Assembly (NCBI GenBank): GCA_016931785.1
Contig: JAFGED010000206.1
Location: 1 to 54,567, forward strand
Length of the DNA: 54,567 nt
Origin: Anaerolineae bacterium
GTDB lineage: Bacteria; Chloroflexota; Anaerolineae; B4-G1
Direction of reading: 5' to 3'
Part shown: one piece after another, positions 42,168 to 49,502 of the stretch
How the letters are laid out: each line of letters opens with the position of its first letter
Numbering within the stretch: the stretch's first letter is position 1
The notes under the pieces: generated by a model
Database searches by the model: none
Seen by the model: the letters and a program-made list of their open reading frames with translations, nothing else
What the model was told of the DNA's origin: nothing
Made by a program: the position numbers and the translations under genes

Positions 42168-42914
42168 CTATCGGTAGACGTACCAATCGGCGATGGCATA
42201 GCCCCACAGCAGGGTGATGAGACCCCCGGCGACGAGGAATGGCCCGTAGGGCACATAATCGCGCAGGCTGCGCAGGCGGGTGATGAGCAAGAGCCCGCTG
42301 ATGGCTGCCCCGATGATGATGGTCAACATCATCGCTTCGATGACCAGCGGAAAACCCGTGGTGAGCCCGACGAAGAGCGCCAGCTTGATGTCGCCCTCGC
42401 CCAATGCGCCGCTGCCAAAGACGGCGTTTCCCACGACCCCGACGATGAGAAAGAATGTGAAGGCGATCCCCCCCCCGGCGAGCGCGCTCCACCACGTCAT
42501 CTCCGGCGTGATGAAACCGGCGACGAAGGCAAAGAGAATGGCCGGATACATCACCGCGTTGAGAATCAGCCGCCGCTCGAAATCGGTGATGAGGACAATG
42601 GCATAGACGGTGGTGTAGACGAGATAGAGGGGCAGTTTGACATCGACGCCGAGCAGCGCCCAGAGGTAGGCGTAGGCCACGGCCATGCCGATCTCGACCA
42701 GGGGATAGCGCAGCCGGATCGGAGCGCCGCAGTAAGGGCACTTGGCGCGCCCGATCACGTAGGATGGAAGCGAGACCCATTGCCACCAGGGGCGGTCCCT
42801 ACCGCAGTAGGGGCAGTGAGGGCGGGCCACCCTGCGCCGCGTCGGGAGGTCCGTTCCCAGTCGATTGACGAGAGCGCCGGCGAAAAGCCCGAGGAGTGCG
42901 AAAAGGGAAACCAT
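42168..42914 (-). CDS. Prepilin (type IV leader) peptidase, A24 family
   Basis: N-terminal Cys pairs HCPYCGRD...KCPYCGAP (DiS_P_DiS-type), then polytopic A24 core with LGEGDIKLALFVG and PYGPFLVAG. Confidence 0.88.
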   Translation of the reverse strand: MVSLFALLGLFAGALVNRLGTDLPTRRRVARPHCPYCGRDRPWWQWVSLPSYVIGRAKCPYCGAPIRLRYPLVEIGMAVAYAYLWALLGVDVKLPLYLVYTTVYAIVLITDFERRLILNAVMYPAILFAFVAGFITPEMTWWSALAGGGIAFTFFLIVGVVGNAVFGSGALGEGDIKLALFVGLTTGFPLVIEAMMLTIIIGAAISGLLLITRLRSLRDYVPYGPFLVAGGLITLLWGYAIADWYVYR

Positions 42915-42922
42915 TGGAAGGC

Positions 42923-42951
42923 ATTATAAGATAACAAATGACAAATGACAA
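42923..42951 (-). promoter_or_regulatory. Near-consensus sigma70 promoter of the prepilin peptidase gene (-35 TTGTCA, 17 nt, -10 TATAAT), ATG 8 nt after the -10: probable leaderless mRNA
   Basis: On the minus strand, TTGTCA is at 42951-42946 and TATAAT at 42928-42923. Then GCCTTCCA and ATG (42914). The -35 box is created by the heptamer repeat. Confidence 0.65.
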
Positions 42952-42954
42952 ATG
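42934..42954. repeat. Perfect heptanucleotide tandem repeat (ACAAATG)x3
   Basis: Read directly. It overlaps the -35 box and spacer of the promoter above. Confidence 0.9.
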
Positions 42955-43086
42955 GCCAACGGGTGCGTTTGTACTTTCGGGGGCGGAGGCATTCTCGCCG
43001 CACAAGGTCGAGATGAGAGCGCTCGAACGCGCAGAGTTAAGCGCACCTCGGCGGCTTTGGCGCAGCTTTCTGGAAGATGGTCCCAA

Positions 43087-44082
43087 TCACTTGGCCGAGG
43101 CTGTGGTCGGTTTTGGCAGGATCAGGTCCTGGACGACATCGTCGATCTTGTCTGGGAGGGGCAGCAGAACCTGAGCCCCGGCAGGCGTGGTCCAGGGGAC
43201 GGTGCAGCTTTCGTCTATCGCGCCCGACGCGATTTGATCGGTGGGAACGTGGCTGGCGGCGACGGCCAGGTCTACTATCTCAGCCAGCGTCAGATCGGCC
43301 TCGAAAGCGCCCTGCAGGCTGGTCCAGAGTTGGGGCGATTGTGCGATGAGGCTTGGCAGCAGGTCGAGGTTCAACACCCGATCGCGCACGGCCATCACGA
43401 CCTGGCGTTGGCGTGCGGTGCGGCCAAAGTCGCCGCCGTCGGTGGCGCGGGTGCGGGCGTATTTGAGTGCCGTAGCTCCGTCTAGGTGCTGGCTGCCCGC
43501 GGGCAGGTAGAAGGGATCGTAGCCGATGCCGCTGTCCGGGTAGGTCGGATCGTAGATATCGTAGGGTACCTCTACGTCTATGCCGCCGATGGCGTCGACG
43601 ACGGTGACAAAGACCTGAAAGTCGATCAGGACGGCGTGATCGACCGGGATGCCGAGGGTGGCGGATACGGTCTGGCGGGCCAGGGCTAGGCCGCCTGTGC
43701 CCTCTCTCTCCCCCTGGGAGTAGGCCGTGTTGATGCGGCCCTGTCCGTGACCGGGGATATCGACGTATAGGTCGCGGGGGATGGAGAGCATCGCCGCCCG
43801 TTGAGTCTCGGGGTCGAGGTAGAAGAGGATCAATGTGTCTGTGTTGTTGGTGCCGCTGCTGGCGTTGCGCCGGTCAATGCCCAGGAGGAGCACGGCTGTC
43901 GGTTCGGCTGTTGGAGACGTGCTGGGTAGCGGCGCAGGCGGTTGGTGGACGACGGGCGTCACGGGCGCATAGTAGACTGTGGGGGTCGGACGGGGCGGGG
44001 GCTCTACGACAGGGCCACAGGCCGCCAGTGCGATCGTCAAACCGAATGTCGAAAGTGTCACGAGCATTCCTCGGCGTGTCAT
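43087..44082 (-). CDS. LCP (LytR-CpsA-Psr) family protein with N-terminal signal/lipoprotein-like anchor
   Basis: ORF 43087..44304 trimmed to ATG 44082 (MTRRGMLVTLSTFGLTIALAACGP), preceded by GGAGGAG. TGATG 1-nt overlap with the upstream stop. LCP core LLLGIDRR...NTDTLILFYLDPETQRAAMLSIPRDLYVDIPGHG..INTAY. Confidence 0.88.
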   Translation of the reverse strand: MTRRGMLVTLSTFGLTIALAACGPVVEPPPRPTPTVYYAPVTPVVHQPPAPLPSTSPTAEPTAVLLLGIDRRNASSGTNNTDTLILFYLDPETQRAAMLSIPRDLYVDIPGHGQGRINTAYSQGEREGTGGLALARQTVSATLGIPVDHAVLIDFQVFVTVVDAIGGIDVEVPYDIYDPTYPDSGIGYDPFYLPAGSQHLDGATALKYARTRATDGGDFGRTARQRQVVMAVRDRVLNLDLLPSLIAQSPQLWTSLQGAFEADLTLAEIVDLAVAASHVPTDQIASGAIDESCTVPWTTPAGAQVLLPLPDKIDDVVQDLILPKPTTASAK

Positions 44083-45335
44083 CAGTCCTTCTCCTCCAGT
44101 AAACTCAGAATCAACTTTTCGATCTCCTGCGGCTGGGGCAGCGAGACGCGCTCTCCCGTTGAGGTGACATGCTCGACGGTGCAGCACGCGCCCAGATCGG
44201 CGGTGGCGACGTCTTGGGTGGCGATGGCCGATGCCGGGAGCGCCAGGTCGATCGCCCCGCGCAGGGAGAGATCGGTCTCCAGGCCGTCGGCGACGGCGGT
44301 CCACAGGGTGGGTGATTGGGCGATGAGGTCGGGCAGCAGGTCGAGCCGCAGCACCCGCTCTTGGGCGGCCAGGATGAGCTGCCGCTGGCGGAAAGTGCGG
44401 TCAAAGCCGGGGGCCGGGACGACGCGGGTGCGGGCGTAGCGCAGGGCGAGCGCGCCATCAAAGTGCTGCTGGCCTGCGGGTATAGATAATGGGGCGTAGC
44501 CGCCGCGCCCGTCTGGAAATTCGGGGTCGTCGATGGCGTGTGGAACGTCCACATCTACGCCGCCGATGGTGTCCACCAGCGTGACGAAGCTTTCAAAGCG
44601 CACCAGGGCGGCGTGCTGTATGGGGATAGAAAGCGTGGCCGAGATCGTCTGGCGGGCCAGCGTCAGGCCATCGGTGGTTTCGTCTTCCTCGCCTATCCGG
44701 TAGACGCTGCCCGCACGGGCTTGCCCGTGACCAGGCACCTCCACGGTCAGGTCGCGGGGGATGGAGAGCAGGAAGGCGCGCTTGGCTTCGGCATCCAGGT
44801 ACAACAGCATCAACATGTCAACCTCGTTGGACGAGGCGCTCTCGCCGTCGATGCCGAGAATCAATAGGGCGGTCGGCGTTTTCGGGCCGCCAGAGTGGCC
44901 CGGCAGTGGGCCGGGGGGAGCGGATGGGGCGGCGGGATGCGCGGCCCGCGCTGTCGGCGTGGCGTCGCCGGGGTCGCGGCCGGTGATGGCCAGGGTGTGT
45001 GCCAAGCCGGCGAGCCCGGCGATGAGGCCTCCAATGAGGAGGGCCAGGGAGACCAGCGTCGCCGTGCGGCGCAGGGATGGTCGAAACGGGATGGCCGGAC
45101 GCCGCGTATTTCGGCGCTGGCTGATTTTTTGCCACGAGCGATTGGGCGCCAATGGGATTTGGTCTCCCACGGCGGCCAGTGTCGACGTCAAATCTTGGGA
45201 TGTCTGTGTGAGATGCTCCAGGCGGCTGCGGCAGGTGGGACAGGCGTGCAGGTGGGCCTCGATCCATTCACGGTGGCCGGGCGGGAGGTCGCTTTCCAGA
45301 TAGGACAGCAATTGGCGGGCGTCGGGATGTCTCAT
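44082..45335 (-). CDS. Fusion protein: zf-HC2 anti-sigma factor N-terminus, TM helix, extracytoplasmic LCP domain
   Basis: ORF 44082..45545 trimmed to ATG 45335, in an ATGA overlap with the ECF sigma stop. MRHPDARQLLSYLESDL..HREWIEAHLHACPTCRSRL (H-x3-C-x2-C). TM TLVSLALLIGGLIAGLAGLA. LCP core LLILGIDGE..EVDMLMLLYLDAEAKRAFLLSIPRDLTVEVPGHG. Confidence 0.85.
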   Translation of the reverse strand: MRHPDARQLLSYLESDLPPGHREWIEAHLHACPTCRSRLEHLTQTSQDLTSTLAAVGDQIPLAPNRSWQKISQRRNTRRPAIPFRPSLRRTATLVSLALLIGGLIAGLAGLAHTLAITGRDPGDATPTARAAHPAAPSAPPGPLPGHSGGPKTPTALLILGIDGESASSNEVDMLMLLYLDAEAKRAFLLSIPRDLTVEVPGHGQARAGSVYRIGEEDETTDGLTLARQTISATLSIPIQHAALVRFESFVTLVDTIGGVDVDVPHAIDDPEFPDGRGGYAPLSIPAGQQHFDGALALRYARTRVVPAPGFDRTFRQRQLILAAQERVLRLDLLPDLIAQSPTLWTAVADGLETDLSLRGAIDLALPASAIATQDVATADLGACCTVEHVTSTGERVSLPQPQEIEKLILSLLEEKD

Positions 45336-45919
45336 TCTGTGCCCTCCGTGCAGTAGCCCAAAGCGGCCTCTTTCCTGCCTCCCAGGAGGCGCGCCAGCGT
45401 CTGGTGGCCGTAGGCGACGCGCGACTTGGCCGTGCTGATCGTGCAGCCCAGTGCCTGCGCCATCTCGGGATACGAAAGCCCGCCAAAGTAGCGCAGGACC
45501 AGCGCCTGGCGCGATTTGCGCGGCACTTGCTTCAGGGCCTCCCACACCGTCTGTTGCATACCCGCTAACTCGATCATGGCTTCTGGCCGGTGTTCGTCGG
45601 TTTCATCCTCGGGTTCGCGGTCGCTCTCCAGCCAGTCCTGGAGCGAGAGCCACTTGAACCGGCGCCGCCGCTGGAGGTCGCGGCAGCGGCTGGTGACGAT
45701 GACCTTGAGCCAGGTGGCAAAGGCGGCTCGCTCCGGGTCATACCGCGCCAGGTTTTTGAAGGCGTAGATGAAGGCCTCTTGTGTGGTATCTTCGGCATCT
45801 TGTAGATTCTGCAAGAGCATATAAGCCAACCGGAGCACGGCTGGGTAATGGTCGTTGTGTAGTTTGCGGGCAGCGGCTTCGTCGCCCGCCAGCGCGCGCT
45901 CGATTAGGTCTTGGGTCAT
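45332..45919 (-). CDS. ECF-type sigma-70 family RNA polymerase sigma factor
   Basis: Region 2 DAEDTTQEAFIYAFKNLARYDP..FATWLKVIVTSRCRDLQRR. Region 4 LVLRYFGGLSYPEMAQALGCTISTAKSRVAYG. Confidence 0.9.
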   Translation of the reverse strand: MTQDLIERALAGDEAAARKLHNDHYPAVLRLAYMLLQNLQDAEDTTQEAFIYAFKNLARYDPERAAFATWLKVIVTSRCRDLQRRRRFKWLSLQDWLESDREPEDETDEHRPEAMIELAGMQQTVWEALKQVPRKSRQALVLRYFGGLSYPEMAQALGCTISTAKSRVAYGHQTLARLLGGRKEAALGYCTEGTE

Positions 45920-45966
45920 AGCATTAGCCAGTCCGCGGAAAGTCGCTATGTCAACCGCGTGCTGGC

Positions 45967-45995
45967 TATATAACCATCTTTGTCAAAGCTGTCAA
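45967..45995 (-). promoter_or_regulatory. Candidate sigma70-like promoter upstream of the ECF sigma operon (-35 TTGACA, 17 nt, -10 TATATA)
   Basis: On the minus strand, TTGACA is at 45995-45990 and TATATA at 45972-45967. Two further TTGACA hexamers lie nearby, so the assignment is tentative. Confidence 0.35.
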
Positions 45996-46020
45996 GTCGC
46001 TTGATCCTGGGTAACCCACA

Positions 46021-46926
46021 CTACCTATACGCAGAAACGGGCGAAAGGGTCTGGTTTTTGCCCGGGTTGCCCCTTTTCACGTAAAGGATCATAAAGATGG
46101 TCAGTGGCGCGAGGATTACAATGATGTCTACCGCCATGCGGTGGACAAAAGACGCGTAGGGCCTGACTGTGCTTGCGATGGCTGCCGCGCTAACGAGTCC
46201 CACCGTGATGGGGAGCAAGAAGCTGGCGAAACGGGCTTTCGCTGATCTGGTGAGCAGGCCTGCGAGAGGGACTAGGATCAGAAAAAAGAAGGAGGGATGG
46301 AGAGCGACGGCCAATTCGACAGCTTTACTATCCGTCCATAGCAAAAGTGCATACTCCGAGTCGCCGATCGTTTCCCACATCACAAAGGCAGAGCCGGCAA
46401 AAACCAAAGTCGCCAGCACGCCGGTTCGTCGCGCCAGGAACAGTCCGACGATGCCGGGCAGGATGCTGAGACTCGACAGGGTGAAGATGGGCAGCGCCAA
46501 CCAGTCAGGGAGATACGGAGTGGGCCCCTCGGGTTCCTCGAATCCAACCACCACCAAAAGCACGGCGCTGCCTATCAGCAGCAGGCCGAGGAGGCTCACC
46601 TCCCAATACTTGAAGGACCACAGCCACCTGGCGACGAGCACGGCCACGATCCCGAGCCAGACTGCCAACATCAGCGGGGAGTCAATGGGCATCCACGCCA
46701 GCAGTAAACCCAGCGCTGGAAAGCTCCAGATAGCCAACTGGCGCTCGTAAATGAATCCCGCTATGCAGAGAAAAAGGCTACAGAAGAAGAGCGGAGCTAG
46801 TAAGTAAGGGTATGCGACGTTTGAGATTTGCCTTTCGCAGATCTCGACGCCTGCCGCGAATATCCCCGGGAGGACCGCCAGCACGACCTTGAGCCACAGG
46901 GGTAACGTGTCCGAACGTTTTTTCAT
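46021..46926 (-). CDS. Hypothetical polytopic membrane protein (301 aa), lower G+C than its surroundings
   Basis: AAGGAG lies 8 nt upstream of ATG 46926 (MKKRSDTLPLWLKV). About 8 hydrophobic segments. No family recognised. Confidence 0.7.
   Translation of the reverse strand: MKKRSDTLPLWLKVVLAVLPGIFAAGVEICERQISNVAYPYLLAPLFFCSLFLCIAGFIYERQLAIWSFPALGLLLAWMPIDSPLMLAVWLGIVAVLVARWLWSFKYWEVSLLGLLLIGSAVLLVVVGFEEPEGPTPYLPDWLALPIFTLSSLSILPGIVGLFLARRTGVLATLVFAGSAFVMWETIGDSEYALLLWTDSKAVELAVALHPSFFFLILVPLAGLLTRSAKARFASFLLPITVGLVSAAAIASTVRPYASFVHRMAVDIIVILAPLTIFMILYVKRGNPGKNQTLSPVSAYR
46026..46060 (-). promoter_or_regulatory. Conserved motif copy m3 (minus strand: CAAAAACCAGAC-N2-TTTC-N10-GCGTATA)
   Basis: One of three copies. 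It lies in the last 40 nt of the ORF 46021..46926 and about 100 nt upstream of the ECF sigma ATG. Confidence 0.45.
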
Positions 46927-46966
46927 TTTGACATCTCCTTTTGTGTTCGTGGTGAGTTACAGTCTT

Positions 46967-47000
46967 TATACGCGGGGACGCTTGAAACGGTCTGGTTTTG
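46967..47000 (-). promoter_or_regulatory. Conserved motif copy m2 (CAAAACCAGAC-N2-TTTC-N10-GCGTATA)
   Basis: It lies about 40 nt upstream of ATG 46926. Confidence 0.45.
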
Positions 47001-47036
47001 CTAGCGGAATTCTGCGTTGATTCAAAAACTCTACGG

Positions 47037-47666
47037 CTATTTATCCAAAGGGGGCAAATCACCCTTGCCTGACCAATGCAGTCCGCCAGTACGGCTACGA
47101 TAGGGCTCCCTGCTGGCACTCAAATAGTAGCCTTCGCCGGCCGCAATATATAGCGACCACCCATCACATTCCCACACAAACGCAATCAAGTCTGCTGCAT
47201 CATACGACGACATGCCTGGGGCAGGAGTAGGCAAAAGCTGCCAAACCCCATTGGCGCGTCGCAACAAAGTGGTATCCTGACAAGTGCCTGATCTGTAGAG
47301 ACGATCGTATTCCACGAAAAGTATCTCTGGATTGTCTGGGTTTTCAATAAAGCGGACCTCTCGAAAGTATTTTCCAAGATGTGCCTTGTCACGCTCTGAA
47401 GCAATAGCCGCTATCTTCTCTATCATAGCCTCATCGGTCATCTGTTTCACCTGCGAAGAGTCTAGCTTGTGCCAGTCTTCAAAATGGTGAAAAGTGCATG
47501 GGCCAGCAGTTACCAGCGGTAACGCGACGCTTCCAGGGGTTTGTAAAGATAACGCGGCATCTCTAGAGAGATCTGGCTGTGTAGTATGTGCACAGTTTGG
47601 TAGAAACAACGAAATCACTGCGATCACAACGATAGCGTATTTTTTCACTAGTCCTCTCCCTTTCAT
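47037..47666 (-). CDS. Hypothetical secreted or lipoprotein-like protein (about 205-210 aa), lower G+C
   Basis: ORF 47037..47714 trimmed to ATG 47666. GTG 47651 (after GGGAGAGG) is also possible. Signal-like KKYAIVVIAVISLFLPNCAHT. No family recognised. Confidence 0.65.
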   Translation of the reverse strand: MKGRGLVKKYAIVVIAVISLFLPNCAHTTQPDLSRDAALSLQTPGSVALPLVTAGPCTFHHFEDWHKLDSSQVKQMTDEAMIEKIAAIASERDKAHLGKYFREVRFIENPDNPEILFVEYDRLYRSGTCQDTTLLRRANGVWQLLPTPAPGMSSYDAADLIAFVWECDGWSLYIAAGEGYYLSASREPYRSRTGGLHWSGKGDLPPLDK

Positions 47667-47700
47667 GCGATTACCCAAATGTAGAGGGCTCACGTTACTT

Positions 47701-47733
47701 TTACGCAAAAGCATGCGGAAAAGTCTGGTTTTG
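47701..47733 (-). promoter_or_regulatory. Conserved motif copy m1 (CAAAACCAGAC-N2-TTTC-N10-GCGTAA)
   Basis: It lies directly after the stop of the gene 47736..48608 and about 35 nt upstream of ATG 47666. Confidence 0.45.
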
Positions 47734-47735
47734 AG

Positions 47736-48608
47736 TCAGTGGGTTTCGATTGAGATCACGGAGGGTACCGCCGCGCGGGAATCGATGCCTACGGGGTTCT
47801 CGTCCGATTGGAGCCACAGCCCGGTGGAGGGGCCGCCGTCCAGGTTGAGCGCCACGTCGATCTCCAGGTCGGATTCAGTGAGAAAGACGGCCATCTCGTG
47901 GAGGCTGAGGGCGCCGCGCGGGGCGGCGATGAAGAGGATGCGGCCTGCCGAGTCCTGGGCCACGATGGTGCGGCGGGCGTGCATCCCGTCGTCGGCGTCG
48001 GCGGGGAAACCCATCACGCCGCCCGGCTTGACCAGCACCGGGAACGACATCACCCCCTGGGCCAGAGGCTCGGCGGGGTCGTAAGGACGGTCGTGGAGCC
48101 AGCGTATGCTCACCTGCTCGTCGGCGGTGACGGCAAAGAGGCCCGCAAAGTCTCCATAGACCGCGCCCCACTTTTGCCCGTCGCTGACGAGCAGGCCGGT
48201 GGCCTCGTACTCCGGCGTAAAGTACCCGCCGTTGACGACCAGCAATGCATCGAGCTGCTCAGCCCAGGTTCTCACCTTCAAGGGCTGGCTGGGGTCGTAG
48301 TGGACGCGAAAGCGCACGGCGGAGGGATCGAGCCGCACGATGGCCAGGTACTCGCCTTCTGTCTCAGGCGAGGCCGCGGCGGTCTCTACGAGCACCCGGC
48401 GCAGTTCGACGCCCGGTTGCAGTGGCAGCCAGCCGGTATCGGGTGGTTCGGGTGTGATCGTGGGCCAGCGAACCGGGGAAGGCAGCGGGATCGGCGTCGG
48501 GGTGGGAACCGGCGTGGGGGTGGCGGGCGGCGTAAAGAAGGTGCAGCCTGACACCAGAAGGAGGGCCAGGCAGAGCAGGTAGATGGGTAAATTGGTCAAT
48601 TGGTACAT
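47736..48608 (-). CDS. Phosphodiester glycosidase family (DUF2233 / NAGPA-like) lipoprotein
   Basis: Lipobox LLLVSGC and a Pro/Thr linker. Family-typical LLVVNGGYFTPEYEATGLLVSDG and DVALNLDGGPSTGLW. Confidence 0.75.
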   Translation of the reverse strand: MYQLTNLPIYLLCLALLLVSGCTFFTPPATPTPVPTPTPIPLPSPVRWPTITPEPPDTGWLPLQPGVELRRVLVETAAASPETEGEYLAIVRLDPSAVRFRVHYDPSQPLKVRTWAEQLDALLVVNGGYFTPEYEATGLLVSDGQKWGAVYGDFAGLFAVTADEQVSIRWLHDRPYDPAEPLAQGVMSFPVLVKPGGVMGFPADADDGMHARRTIVAQDSAGRILFIAAPRGALSLHEMAVFLTESDLEIDVALNLDGGPSTGLWLQSDENPVGIDSRAAVPSVISIETH

Positions 48609-48740
48609 TGGTGTGTGGGCACACCGGTGGTTTGGTAGTGGTAAACCGGCAAGTTGGTGGGCCTACACTTTTCGCCCAATCTGCCAACTACCAGTTTACC
48701 AATCTACCAACTACCGGTTTACCAACCTACCAAGTTGCGC
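48591..48740. repeat. Composite short-period repeat region: (ATTGGTNN)x3 over the gene start, then inverted arrays of CCAAnnn units including a 23-bp tandem duplication
   Basis: ATTGGTCA ATTGGTAC ATTGGTGT (48591-48614). CCAACTACCAGTTTACCAATCTA (48684-48706) is followed by CCAACTACCGGTTTACCAACCTA (48707-48729). GGTAAACCGG (48640-48649) is the inverse of CCGGTTTACC (48714-48723). Confidence 0.8.
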
Positions 48741-49373
48741 TCAATCCACCGCGCCTTCTTCAGCAATGCGTTGTGCGCACCCTGCCAGCTCGTTGAGCCG
48801 TTGGGTCTCCACCGAGTCGCCGCGGGCGCGCTCCATGTTCTCCGCCGCCTGGGTATACAGCCACGCTGCGTTCTCCCACTCGTGGATGAACTCGGCGATG
48901 CGGGCCGCTTCCTCGTACGCGATGGCCGCCAGCTCCCACTTGCCTTCCTCGATGTACTGCTTGGCCGCTCTCTCCAGGGTGGCCGGGCGCTGCTTGGGCA
49001 GCCGGCGCTCCGGCTCCTCCAGGACGAGCTCGATCGTCGGCAGCAGCAGGTCGTGCCAGTTCGACTTGGGCAGGTACTCGTAAAAGTCCAACTGTGCGGC
49101 GCGCGCTTCGCTTTCCAGTGAGGCGTAGCCGGTAAAGATGATGATGCGCAGGCCGGGCTGCAACTGCCGCAGCATCGCGGCCACCTGGAAACCGTCCATC
49201 TCGGGCATCTTCATATCCAGCAAGCCGATGTCGAAGGGTGTCTCGCGTCCTTTCTCGATTGCCTCACGCGCGCTGCTGGCCGTCACCACTCGATAGTCCG
49301 CCTGCTTCAGGTAATCTTCCAGGCTTTCGAGTACGAGCAGATCGTCGTCCACTATCAGTATTGTCGCTGACAT
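48741..49373 (-). CDS. Response regulator receiver protein with a helical (TPR-like) C-terminal extension and no DNA-binding domain recognised
   Basis: AGGAGG lies upstream of ATG 49373. REC motifs ILIVDDD, DIGLLDMKMPEMDG and IIIFTGY. Confidence 0.85.
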   Translation of the reverse strand: MSATILIVDDDLLVLESLEDYLKQADYRVVTASSAREAIEKGRETPFDIGLLDMKMPEMDGFQVAAMLRQLQPGLRIIIFTGYASLESEARAAQLDFYEYLPKSNWHDLLLPTIELVLEEPERRLPKQRPATLERAAKQYIEEGKWELAAIAYEEAARIAEFIHEWENAAWLYTQAAENMERARGDSVETQRLNELAGCAQRIAEEGAVD

Positions 49374-49428
49374 TACCTTGACCTCCTAAAGAATCTGTAA
49401 TTGGTATCATCTCAATAATCCGGGGGGC

Positions 49429-49467
49429 GGGGGGTGTGAGGGCGGCTACGTAGCCCTCACACCCCCC
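49429..49467. repeat. Solo G6...C6 palindrome related to the central hairpin of MITE-like element B
   Basis: GGGGGGTGTGAGGGC (49429-49443) pairs with GCCCTCACACCCCCC (49453-49467). It lies between the REC-HK gene and the REC gene. Confidence 0.8.
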
Positions 49468-49502
49468 ATCTTTTCCTATCTATTGACAAGATACTGTAAT
49501 TG

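Noticed and set aside
42934-42954. Heptamer repeats taken as evidence that the organism is a cyanobacterium (STRR-like)
   Set aside because: Only the repeat style is similar. There are no photosynthesis or cyanobacterial marker genes in the window, and the G+C content and the LCP, ECF and GT-C content fit a Chloroflexota-like monoderm at least as well. Taxonomy cannot be settled from this window.
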